From an uncultured Gemmatimonadaceae bacterium (GTDB lineage: Bacteria > Gemmatimonadota > Gemmatimonadetes > Gemmatimonadales > Gemmatimonadaceae), in the NCBI GenBank assembly GCA_963843845.1, contig CAWJMB010000002.1, positions 256,001-320,000 of the forward strand: DNA of 64,000 nt. Direction: 5' to 3'. Made by a program: the position numbers and the translations under genes. This document shows, one piece after another, positions 53,335-62,072 of the stretch (position 1 is the stretch's first letter; the number at the start of each line of letters is the position of its first letter). The notes under the pieces are model-generated. The model did not search any database, was not told the origin of the DNA, and was given only the letters and a program-made list of their open reading frames with translations.

Positions 53335-54093
53335 ATGCACGCTGATCTGAACGGAAAGGTCGCGATCGTCACCGGCGGCGGGCGCGACATCGGCGCCGCC
53401 GTCGTGCGCGCGCTGGCCGAGCGCGGCGCGGCGGTCGCGGTGAACTACGCGCACAGCGCGGAACAGGCGAACGCGCTCGTGCGGGAGCTGACGGCGGGCG
53501 GCGCGAAGGCGGTCGCCGTGCAGGCGGACCTGATGAAGACCGAGGACGCGGCGCGGCTCGTGCGCGAGACCCGCGCCGCGCTCGGCGACACGATCGACAT
53601 CCTCGTCAACAACGCCGGCGGCATCGTCGCGCGGCGCAAGCTCGACGAGATGGACGCCGCGTTCTGGGACGAAGTGTTCGCGCTCAACGTGCGCAGCACG
53701 TTCCTCGCGACGCAGGCCGCGCTGCCGCACTTCGCCGAGGGGGCAGCGGTCGTGAACCTGTCGTCGCTCGCGGCGCACGACGGCGGCGGCGGCGGCGCGA
53801 TCGCCTACGCGGCGGCCAAGGGCGCCGTGCTCACGATGACGCGCGGGATGGCGAAGGAGCTGGGCGCCCGCAAGATCCGCGTGAACTGTGTGTCGCCGGG
53901 GATGATCGCGACGACGTTCCACGACAAGCACACGCCGCCGGCGGCGCGCGAGGCGACGGCGGCGAAGACGTTGATGGGGCGACAGGGAGACGCGGCCGAC
54001 GTCGCGAACGCGGTGTGCTTCCTCGCCTCCGACCAGTCGGCGTACATCACCGGCGAGTCGATCGAGATCAACGGCGGCCTGTACTTCGTCTGA
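53335..54093 (+). CDS. SDR oxidoreductase, probable DEH reductase
   Basis: TGGGRDIG, NNAGG, YxxxK in 'DGGGGGAIAYAAAKGA', 'PGMIATTFHD', as recalled for SDRs of alginate loci; locus context. Confidence 0.8.
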   Translation: MHADLNGKVAIVTGGGRDIGAAVVRALAERGAAVAVNYAHSAEQANALVRELTAGGAKAVAVQADLMKTEDAARLVRETRAALGDTIDILVNNAGGIVARRKLDEMDAAFWDEVFALNVRSTFLATQAALPHFAEGAAVVNLSSLAAHDGGGGGAIAYAAAKGAVLTMTRGMAKELGARKIRVNCVSPGMIATTFHDKHTPPAAREATAAKTLMGRQGDAADVANAVCFLASDQSAYITGESIEINGGLYFV

Positions 54094-54094
54094 G

Positions 54095-54456
54095 ATGCCT
54101 GACGACACGCAGGACGTGCAGGGGATGCACAGCCCGACGATCGTCCGCTCGGGCGAGACGGCGTGGACCGAGACGGGCGTCGGCGTGCGGCGGCAGATCC
54201 TCGGCTACGGCCCCGACCTGATGCTCGTGCGCGTGGAGTTCGAGGCGGGGGGAGCGGCGCGCTGCACCACCACCCGCACCGGCAGGTCACGTACGTCGCC
54301 GCCGGCTCGTTCGAGGTGGTCGTCGGCGACGAGCGCACGACGCTCGTCGCCGGCGACTCGTTCTTCGCGAAGGCCGACGTCGAGCATGGCGTCACGGCGA
54401 TCGAGGCGGGAACGCTGATCGACGTGTTCACGCCGGCGCGAGCGGACTTCCTGTGA
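54095..54456 (+). CDS. kdgF: KdgF-like cupin (frameshift in the G-run near 54247-54252)
   Basis: 'GVRRQILGYG.DLMLVRVEFE.G', then in a shifted frame 'HHHPHRQVTYV', 'HGV', 'LIDVFTPARADFL'. Confidence 0.85.
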
Positions 54457-55793
54457 GCGGCCGGGGGGCGGGGGTCGGAGGTCGGGGATCGGGCGTTCGA
54501 CACCCGACCCCCGGTCCCCGATCCCCCATCAAGGGGCTCCGCTGGTGGATCATCGCGATGATCTGCCTCGTGACGATCATCAACTACATCGATCGCCAGA
54601 CGCTGAGCGTGCTCGCGCCGACGATCCGCGAGCAGTTCGGCATGACGAACGCGTCGTATTCGCGCGTCGTCACGACGTTCCTCCTCGGCTACACGATCTC
54701 GCAGGCGCTGTCGGGGAAGCTGCTCGACCGGATCGGGACGCGCGCCGGCTTCATGCTGTTCGTCGGCATCTGGACCGTGGCGTCGGTGGCGCATGCGTTC
54801 GCGCGCAACGTGACCCAGCTCTCGGCCTTCCGCTTCGTGCTCGGGATCGGCGAGGCGGGGAACTGGCCCGGCGCGGCGAAGGCGGTGGCCGAGTGGTTCC
54901 CGATCCGCGAGCGCGCGTTCGCGATGTCGATCTTCAACGGCGGATCGACGATCGGCGCCGTGGTGGCGCCCCCGCTCATCGCGTTCGTCGCGCTGAACTA
55001 CGGCTGGCGCTACGCGTTCTTCATCGGCGCCTCGCTGTCGCTCGTGCTGATGACGCTCTGGTACTTCTTCTTCCGCGCGCCGGCCGAGCACCCGCGACTG
55101 TCGGAGGAGGAGCGGGCGTACATCCTCGCGGGGCAAGCTGAATCCGCGATCCCCGATCCCCGGGTCGCACCGCGTCGCCCGTGGCTCTCGCTCTTCCGCC
55201 ACCGCCAGGTCTGGGCGCTCATCGCGGCGCGCTTCTTCACCGACCCGATCTGGTGGTTTCTGATCTCGTGGCTGCCGAACTACCTCAAGTCGGAGCGCGG
55301 GTTCGGCCTGGCGCAGATCGGGCTGCTCGCGTGGATTCCCTTCCTCTTCGCCGACGCCGGCAATCTGTCGGGCGGCGCCGTGTCGAGTCTGCTCATCCGT
55401 CGCGGCTGGACGGTCGACGCCGCGCGCAAGGCGGTACTGCTGCCGAGCGCGCTGCTCATTCCGTTGGGCGTCGTGACGATCCTCTTCACGCGGAGCGACG
55501 CGCTCGCGATCGCCGGCATCAGCCTCGTCGCCTTCGCGTTCCAGAGCTGGATCGTGAACGTCCACACGCTGCCGAGCGACTGCTTCCCGACGCAGGACGT
55601 CGGCTCGGTGTTCGGCATCGGCGGCACGGCGGCGGGGATCGCGAGCATGGGGTTCACCCTGCTCGTCGGGTGGGTCGTCGATCGGTACTCGTACACGCCG
55701 GTGTACGTGATGGTCGGGCTGATGGCGCCGCTGGCGGCGATCCTGTTCCTCGTCGTCATGCGGCGGATCGAACGGGTGCCCGAGGCGGCGTGA
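54453..55793 (+). CDS. exuT: Hexuronate MFS transporter (ExuT-like)
   Basis: 'LRWWII...INYIDRQ', 'GEAGNWPGA.KAVAEWFP.RER', 'RFFTDPIWWF'. Confidence 0.88.
   Translation: MSGRGAGVGGRGSGVRHPTPGPRSPIKGLRWWIIAMICLVTIINYIDRQTLSVLAPTIREQFGMTNASYSRVVTTFLLGYTISQALSGKLLDRIGTRAGFMLFVGIWTVASVAHAFARNVTQLSAFRFVLGIGEAGNWPGAAKAVAEWFPIRERAFAMSIFNGGSTIGAVVAPPLIAFVALNYGWRYAFFIGASLSLVLMTLWYFFFRAPAEHPRLSEEERAYILAGQAESAIPDPRVAPRRPWLSLFRHRQVWALIAARFFTDPIWWFLISWLPNYLKSERGFGLAQIGLLAWIPFLFADAGNLSGGAVSSLLIRRGWTVDAARKAVLLPSALLIPLGVVTILFTRSDALAIAGISLVAFAFQSWIVNVHTLPSDCFPTQDVGSVFGIGGTAAGIASMGFTLLVGWVVDRYSYTPVYVMVGLMAPLAAILFLVVMRRIERVPEAA
54462..54527. repeat. Inverted heptamer arrays (family B) at the 5' end of the ExuT-like gene
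   Basis: cgggggg-cgggggt-cggaggt-cggggat ... acccccg-gtccccg-atccccc. Confidence 0.8.
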
Positions 55794-55812
55794 ACTCGCT
55801 CGGAGTGTCGCC

Positions 55813-56862
55813 GTGCAGATGACCTTCCGGTGGTACGGCGCGACCGACGCCGTTCCACTCGCCCACATCCGCCAGATCCCGGGCGTGCGCGGCGTCGTGA
55901 GCGCGCTCTACGACGTGCCGGTCGGCGACGTGTGGCGGCGCGACGCCGTGCAGCAGCTCGCGGACACGATCGACGCCGCCGGCCTCGCGCTCGCCGTCGT
56001 CGAGAGCATCCCGGTCCACGAAGACATCAAGCTCGGCCGGGCGTCGCGCGACCGGCTCGTCGACCGGTACTGCGACAGCGTTCGGCACCTGGGCGAGGTG
56101 GGCGTGCCCGTGCTGTGCTACAACTTCATGCCGGTGTTCGACTGGACGCGCACCGACCTCGCGCGTCGGCTCCCCGACGGCTCGACCGCGCTCGCCTACG
56201 ACCACGAGCAGCTCGCCCGCATCGACCTGTCGCGCGGCACCGGTGACCTCCCCGGCTGGGCGACCGCGTACTCGGCCGACGAGCTCGCGGCGCTGCTGCA
56301 CGCGTACGCACAGGTCGACGCCGAACGACTGTGGGCGAACCTCGCCTACTTCCTCGAGCGCGTCGTGCCGGTCGCGGCCGAGTCGAACGTGCGGATGGCG
56401 ATCCATCCGGACGATCCGCCGTGGCCGATCTTCGGCCTGCCGAGAATCGTCACGAACGCCGCCGCGCTCGACCGACTCGTCGACCTCGTCGATTCGCCGG
56501 CGAACGGCGTCACGTTCTGCACCGGATCGTTAGGCGCTGACCCGGCGAACGACCTTCCGGCGATGGCGCGGCGGCTCGGCGAGCGCGGGCGCATCAACTT
56601 CATGCACTGCCGCAACGTGCGCGTGACCGGGGAGCGCCGCTTCAACGAGTGCGAGCACCCGACCGCGTTCGGCGCGGTCGACATGCGTGGTGTGTTGCAG
56701 GCGCTCCACGACACCGGCTACACGGGGCCGATGCGCCCCGATCACGGCCGCATGATCTGGGGCGAACGAGGGCGTCCGGGGTACGGGTTGTACGACCGCG
56801 CGTTGGGCGCGATGTACTTGCAGGGGCTGTGGGAAGGGCTGGCACGCGACGACACCGTCTGA
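55813..56862 (+). CDS. uxuA: Mannonate dehydratase
   Basis: 'MTFRWYG', 'VESIPVHEDIKLG', 'CYNFMPVFDWTRT', 'IHPDDPP', 'RPDHGR', 'GYGLYDRALG'. Confidence 0.96.
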   Translation: MQMTFRWYGATDAVPLAHIRQIPGVRGVVSALYDVPVGDVWRRDAVQQLADTIDAAGLALAVVESIPVHEDIKLGRASRDRLVDRYCDSVRHLGEVGVPVLCYNFMPVFDWTRTDLARRLPDGSTALAYDHEQLARIDLSRGTGDLPGWATAYSADELAALLHAYAQVDAERLWANLAYFLERVVPVAAESNVRMAIHPDDPPWPIFGLPRIVTNAAALDRLVDLVDSPANGVTFCTGSLGADPANDLPAMARRLGERGRINFMHCRNVRVTGERRFNECEHPTAFGAVDMRGVLQALHDTGYTGPMRPDHGRMIWGERGRPGYGLYDRALGAMYLQGLWEGLARDDTV

Positions 56863-56875
56863 CAGGCACTCGCTC

Positions 56876-58111
56876 ATGATCAAGCTGGCTCTCGCGCTCG
56901 TTCTCGCCGTGCTGCCGACCGTGGCGTCGGGGCAGTTCGTCGGCGTCTCGCCGCGCCGCAACGACGCCGAGCCGCGTGTCTTCCTCATGCGCACCGAGAA
57001 CCTGACCGACGCGCGGCAGCGGGTGCTCGCCGGGGACAGGCGGCTGCAGGCGGCGTACGCCGCGCTCGATCAGCAGGCGAAGGCGGCGATGCGCGTCGGC
57101 CCGTTCGCCGTCACCGACAAACGCCGCACGGCGCCGAGCGGCGACAAGCACGACTACGTGAGCCTCGGGCCGTACTGGTGGCCGGACTCGACGAAGCCCG
57201 GCGGACTGCCGTACGTGCAGCGCGACGGACAGGTGAATCCGGAGAACCGCCTCGACTCCGACTCGCCGCACTTCCTGAAGTTCGTCGACGCCGTCGAGAC
57301 GCTCGCGCTCGCCGGGTGGTTCACGCGCAACGACGACTACACGCGGCGGGCGGCGCTGCTCATCCGCACCTGGTTTCTCGCGCCGGCGACGCGGATGAAC
57401 CCGAACCTGCTGTACGCGCAGGGAATCCCCGGCATCACGGACGGGCGCGGGATCGGCATCATCGACACGCGCGACATCGCGCGCGTCATCGACGCGATCG
57501 GCCTCGTCGCGACGACGCCGTACTGGACGGACCGCGACGAGCGCGAGATGCAGGCGTGGTGCAAGTCGTTCCTGACCTGGCTCACGACGCACCCGTACGG
57601 GATCGACGAGCGCGACGCGGCGAACAACCACGGTGTGTGGTACGACGCGCAGATCGCCGCGCTCGCGCTCTACGTGCGCGACGTGCCGCTCGCGCAACGC
57701 ACCATCGCGCAGAGCGCGGCGCAGCGGTTCACGGCGCAGGTGCGCCCCGACGGCGAGATGCCGCTCGAGACGGCCCGCACGCGGCCGCTGCACTACACCC
57801 TGTTCACGCTCGAGCCGTTCGAGCGGCTCGCGGAGCTCGGCCGGCATGTCGGGGTCGACTTCTGGCGCTGGCAGTCGCCGAGCGGAGCGACGCTGCTGGG
57901 CGCGGCGCAGTGGGTCGCGCGCTACGCCGACGCCACGGTCGCGCGGCCGAAGGCGGACGTCATGCCGGTGGCGCCCGACGAGTTCCTCCTCCCGCTGCGG
58001 CGCGCCGTGCAGGTGTTCGGCGACCCGGTGACCGCGGCGGCGATCGGGAAGCTGCCGGCGGACGTCGTGGAGGCCGATCGATCGCGGCTGCTGTATCCGG
58101 ACGTGCCGTGA
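56876..58111 (+). CDS. Second PL38-like polysaccharide lyase, secreted
   Basis: 'HDYVSLGPYWWPD...GLPYVQRDG', 'TRMNPNL', 'GIIDT', 'NNHGVW', 'RTRPLHY'. Confidence 0.85.
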   Translation: MIKLALALVLAVLPTVASGQFVGVSPRRNDAEPRVFLMRTENLTDARQRVLAGDRRLQAAYAALDQQAKAAMRVGPFAVTDKRRTAPSGDKHDYVSLGPYWWPDSTKPGGLPYVQRDGQVNPENRLDSDSPHFLKFVDAVETLALAGWFTRNDDYTRRAALLIRTWFLAPATRMNPNLLYAQGIPGITDGRGIGIIDTRDIARVIDAIGLVATTPYWTDRDEREMQAWCKSFLTWLTTHPYGIDERDAANNHGVWYDAQIAALALYVRDVPLAQRTIAQSAAQRFTAQVRPDGEMPLETARTRPLHYTLFTLEPFERLAELGRHVGVDFWRWQSPSGATLLGAAQWVARYADATVARPKADVMPVAPDEFLLPLRRAVQVFGDPVTAAAIGKLPADVVEADRSRLLYPDVP

Positions 58112-59436
58112 ACCGCCGGGGATCGGGGATCGGCGATCGGGGCTCGACGCGCGGGGTCGCCGCACTCGTGCTGTGCCTCACGGTCCTCGGCGCGTGCGCG
58201 TCGACGAACGGGACGAACGTGGCGGGCGGTGCGAACGTGGCGAACGTGGCGAACGTGGCGAGCGGTGCGCTCGGTCCCGTCCGACTCGCGTCGGCGACGG
58301 CGCTCGACTCGGCGGCGCGGCGGGCGATCGAGTCCGCGACGCGGACGCTCGCCGCGACGGCGGACGCGCTCGACCCGGCGAACGGCTTTCCTCGCATGAC
58401 CGACGCGAGCGGGCGCTGGGTCGTGCAGCCGGTCACGCAGTGGACGAGCGGGTTCTTTCCGGGCTCGCTCTGGTATCTGTATGCGCTGACCGGCGACGCG
58501 GCGTGGCGCGCGCGCGCCGAGCGGTGGCAGGCGCCGCTCGCGCCGACGGCGGCGCGCACGAACACGCACGACCTGGGATTCCTGCTCTTCGACAGCTTCG
58601 GGCTCGACGCGCGGCTGACTGGCGACACGCTGGCGCGGACCGTCGTGCTCCGGGCGAGTCGCTCGCTCGCGGCGCGCTTCAACCCGATCGTCGGCGCGAT
58701 CAAGAGCTGGGACGTCGACACGGTCGACGACCGGCGCCGCGACTGGCCCGGGCGCTTTCCGGTCATCATCGACAACATGATGAACCTGGAGATGCTCTGG
58801 TGGGCCGCTCGGCAGCCGGGCGGCGATCCGCGGTGGGCCACGATCGCGACACGCCACGCCGAAACGTCGCTCCGCGCGCACGTGCGCGACGACGCGACCA
58901 CGGCGCACGTCGCGCTGTTCGATCCGCGAACCGGTGCGCTCCTCGGACGTGTGACGTGGCAGGGACACGCCGACAGCTCCGTGTGGTCGCGCGGGCAGGC
59001 GTGGGCCGCGTACGGCTTCACGGCGGCGTACCGCGAGACGCGGCGTCCGGAGTTCCTCGCCGGCGCGCGCCGCACCGCCGACTGGTTTCTCGCGCACCTG
59101 CCAGCCGATCAGGTGCCGTACTGGGACTTCCTTCACCCCGACATCCCGCGCGCCGAGCGCGACGCGTCGGCCGCGGCCGTCATGACATCCGCGCTGTTCG
59201 AGCTGGCACGCCTCGCCGAGGGGGACGAGCGCGCCCGCTACCGGACGGCGGCGGAGCACATCCTGGCGTCGCTGTGCGCGAACTACCTCGGTCCGAGCGC
59301 GTCGAACGCGGCGCTGCTGCTCCACGCGACCGGCAACCGTCCGGCGAACGGAGAGATCGACACGGGGATCGTGTACGCCGACTACTACTTCCTCGAGGCG
59401 CTCTACCGGTACGAGCAGTCGAGAGTCGTGCGATGA
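58108..59436 (+). CDS. Unsaturated glucuronyl hydrolase (GH88), lipoprotein
   Basis: 'WTSGFFPG', 'HDLGF', 'IIDNMMNL', 'WSRGQAWA', 'RDASAAA', 'YADYYFLEAL'; lipobox 'LGAC'. Confidence 0.92.
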   Translation: MNRRGSGIGDRGSTRGVAALVLCLTVLGACASTNGTNVAGGANVANVANVASGALGPVRLASATALDSAARRAIESATRTLAATADALDPANGFPRMTDASGRWVVQPVTQWTSGFFPGSLWYLYALTGDAAWRARAERWQAPLAPTAARTNTHDLGFLLFDSFGLDARLTGDTLARTVVLRASRSLAARFNPIVGAIKSWDVDTVDDRRRDWPGRFPVIIDNMMNLEMLWWAARQPGGDPRWATIATRHAETSLRAHVRDDATTAHVALFDPRTGALLGRVTWQGHADSSVWSRGQAWAAYGFTAAYRETRRPEFLAGARRTADWFLAHLPADQVPYWDFLHPDIPRAERDASAAAVMTSALFELARLAEGDERARYRTAAEHILASLCANYLGPSASNAALLLHATGNRPANGEIDTGIVYADYYFLEALYRYEQSRVVR

Positions 59437-59592
59437 CCGAACGCGCGGGAGGACGGCCTCTCTTCTAAAGATGTGGCGTGGTCGCCACATGCCGCTTCCG
59501 ACTCGTCACATTCACTATTGCACATTACCACCGCCGGTGTAACACTTGCCCTTACCGTACTCAGCCGTATGCCCTCGATACCGCTTGATCTC

Positions 59593-60285
59593 ATGAAGAA
59601 GCTCGTAGCCGTAGCCGCTCTCTTGCTCGCAGTCGTCGCCCCGCGCACGTCGTCCGCCGGATCGACCTATCGCACGTTCACCGACCGCGCGGCGTACATG
59701 GCGTCGCTGTTCAGCGGCACCACGTCGTTCACCCCGACGCCGGTCGACGGCAGCAGCGCGGTCGGTCCGATCGCTCTGACCACGAGCGGCGCCTGCGCGC
59801 TCCCGCCGAGCGTGTTCGGCGGCGTCATCGCGTTCGCGACGCAGGATGACGGCTCGGGGGCGACGTGTCCGGCGGGTGGGGCAGCGACGCTGAACTTCAA
59901 CACGGGTGCGCCGGGCATCGTCGGATTCGGCGTCGACCTCGGATCGCTGGGCGGCGACGCCACCGTCAGCGCGTTGGCCTCGTTCGGCGGCCCGGGGTTC
60001 ACGCCGGAAAGCGGCAACAACCCGCAGACGTACACCCTCCTCGCGAACGCGAACACGCAGAGCTTCTTCGGTGTCATCCTCACGCCGGGTTTCATCGGGC
60101 CCCAGGAGATCTCCTCGGTCTCGGTGAGTGTGACGAGCCCCAACGGGCTCATCGGCCTCGACGACGTGACGTACGCGACGTTCACCCCCGCGTCGACCGT
60201 CCCGGAGCCGACGACGCTCGTCCTCCTCGGCGGCGGGCTCGCGGCGATCGGTGGGCTGGCTGCGCGCCGGCGCCGCTCGGCGTAA
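59593..60285 (+). CDS. PEP-CTERM sorting-domain protein
   Basis: Signal peptide; C-terminal 'VPEPTTLVLLGGGLAAIGGLAARRRR'. Confidence 0.93.
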   Translation: MKKLVAVAALLLAVVAPRTSSAGSTYRTFTDRAAYMASLFSGTTSFTPTPVDGSSAVGPIALTTSGACALPPSVFGGVIAFATQDDGSGATCPAGGAATLNFNTGAPGIVGFGVDLGSLGGDATVSALASFGGPGFTPESGNNPQTYTLLANANTQSFFGVILTPGFIGPQEISSVSVSVTSPNGLIGLDDVTYATFTPASTVPEPTTLVLLGGGLAAIGGLAARRRRSA

Positions 60286-60299
60286 CGGCAGCGAGCAGT

Positions 60300-60340
60300 G
60301 CACGAAGGGCCGGCGCGAACCTCGCGCCGGCCCTTCGTGC
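60300..60340. terminator. Perfect 19-bp hairpin between the convergent PEP-CTERM and lnt genes
   Basis: gcacgaagggccggcgcga-acc-tcgcgccggcccttcgtgc. Confidence 0.75.
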
Positions 60341-60387
60341 GTCGGAGAGTCGCGCTCGGCGCCGTCGCCGGCGCCGTTCAGCGCCGT

Positions 60388-61944
60388 TCAGCGCCGCCGG
60401 CGCGCGAGGGCGTGGGCGAGGAGCACCCCAACCGCGATCAGCGTCGAGACGACCCCGACGGTGTCGCCGAAGCGCACGAATGGTGTCACGACGTCGGTCG
60501 TCGACACGGCGAACGTCGGCGCGGCGGCGACGAACAGCGCCGTCTCGCCGGCGATCCGCCCGAGCGGGTCGATGAGTGCGGAAGGGCCCGAGTTCGCGTC
60601 CTGCACGGCGCTCATGCGCGTCTCGACCGCGCGGAGGCGCAGGTGCGCGAGGTGCTGCGACGGGCCGGGGGTGCGGCCGAGCCACGCGTCGTTCGTGAGC
60701 ACGACGAGGAAGTCGGCTCCGCGCTGCCGGACGCCGCGCGCCGCCGCCGGGAACGCAGACTCGAAACAGATGAGCACGCCGGCGCGCCCGATGCCCACGC
60801 GGAACGGCGGCTGCGCTCCCCCGTGCCCGAAGCCCTGCGTTCCCTGGGTCAGGAAGGGGAGGTAGCGCACGAAGGGCGTCATCTCGAGCAGCGGAACGAG
60901 CGTCTCCTTGCGATAGTGCTGCGCCGCGTCGAGCGTGCCGTCGCGCCCGGTCAGGAGCGCCGAGTTGTAGATGAGAAACTGCCCGCCGCCGAGCACGTCG
61001 AGGTCGACGACGCCGCTGACGAGCGGTGCGTCGACGGCGCGCGTGACGGCGCGGAGGGTGTCCGTCCACTCCGGGAACTCGCGTAGAAAGCCGTTCAGCG
61101 CCGTCTCCGGCCAGACCACCAGGTCCGAGCGCCGGGCGGCGGTCGCGCGGCTCATCGCCGCCAACCGCCCGACCTGCTCGCGCTCGGTGCCGCCGGTGCT
61201 CTTCTCCTCCTGCGGCACGTTCGGCTGGATCACCGTGACGCGGCCGAGCGGCTGCAGGGTGATCGTGGCGAGCCGGAGCGCTCCGTAGCCGGCGAGCGCG
61301 CCGACGGTGAGGGTCGCGCCGGCGAGACGGAGGGCGACGGCGCGGGCGCCCGACCGGCGGGCGAGCCACGCGCTCGCCACGAAGCCGCCGGCCATGGCGA
61401 GCACGAACGCCACGCCGCTCGGCCCGCTCAGTTCGGCGGACTGCGCGAAGAGGGGGTGCTGCGCGACGGAGAGCGCGAGGGGCATCCACGACAGCCCGAT
61501 GTCGGGCACGTGCGCCACGATCCACTCGCCGGCGACCCACCCGACGCCGAGCGCGGGGGCGACCGGCCACCGCCAGCGCGTGACGAGGTACCAGAGGATC
61601 GCCGCCGCGATCGCCGGGATGCTGCCGACGAACAGCGCGGTGAACGGAATGCCGAAGCCGCCGACGATCGGCCCTGCGCGCGCGAGCACCAGCGCCGCCC
61701 ACCAGGCCGACGCCCAGGCTCCGAGAATGCCGAGCCACCAGCCGTCGCGAACGGCGGTGCGCGCGCGGGCTCGCGGCGTGTCGAGCACGAGGGCGGCGAG
61801 CAGCGCCGGAACGCCGATCCCGGCGGCGACGCTCCCGACCGGCGGCATCGCGAGTCCGAACAGCGCGCCGCCGGCGGCGGCGAGCGCGGCGGCGCGGGGG
61901 GTCGGAACGAGGCGGCGAAGTCGTGCGATCATGCGGTTCGTCAA
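60388..61944 (-). CDS. lnt: Apolipoprotein N-acyltransferase
   Basis: TM N-terminus; 'IQPNV', 'VVWPETA', 'YNSA', 'YRK..LVP', 'ICFES', 'TNDAW'. Confidence 0.92.
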   Translation of the reverse strand: MTNRMIARLRRLVPTPRAAALAAAGGALFGLAMPPVGSVAAGIGVPALLAALVLDTPRARARTAVRDGWWLGILGAWASAWWAALVLARAGPIVGGFGIPFTALFVGSIPAIAAAILWYLVTRWRWPVAPALGVGWVAGEWIVAHVPDIGLSWMPLALSVAQHPLFAQSAELSGPSGVAFVLAMAGGFVASAWLARRSGARAVALRLAGATLTVGALAGYGALRLATITLQPLGRVTVIQPNVPQEEKSTGGTEREQVGRLAAMSRATAARRSDLVVWPETALNGFLREFPEWTDTLRAVTRAVDAPLVSGVVDLDVLGGGQFLIYNSALLTGRDGTLDAAQHYRKETLVPLLEMTPFVRYLPFLTQGTQGFGHGGAQPPFRVGIGRAGVLICFESAFPAAARGVRQRGADFLVVLTNDAWLGRTPGPSQHLAHLRLRAVETRMSAVQDANSGPSALIDPLGRIAGETALFVAAAPTFAVSTTDVVTPFVRFGDTVGVVSTLIAVGVLLAHALARRRR

Positions 61945-61964
61945 TGTACCGGGGTGTCGCGTCC

Positions 61965-61986
61965 GTCATCCCGAGCGCAGCGAGGG
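61965..61986 (+). repeat. REP-like element, family C
   Basis: gtcatcccgagcgcagcgaggg in the lnt/tldD divergent gap. Confidence 0.6.
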
Positions 61987-62072
61987 TGACCGGCTGACGG
62001 GCGAGCGCCAACGCCCCCCCGTCGCGCTGCGTAGCTCACCGACGACCGAACGTTCCCCGCATCACACTCCCA

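Noticed and set aside
59460..59592. Sigma54 promoter upstream of the PEP-CTERM gene
   Set aside because: An atgtggcg/cgccacat inverted repeat is present (59471-59490), but no convincing GG-N10-GC consensus was found
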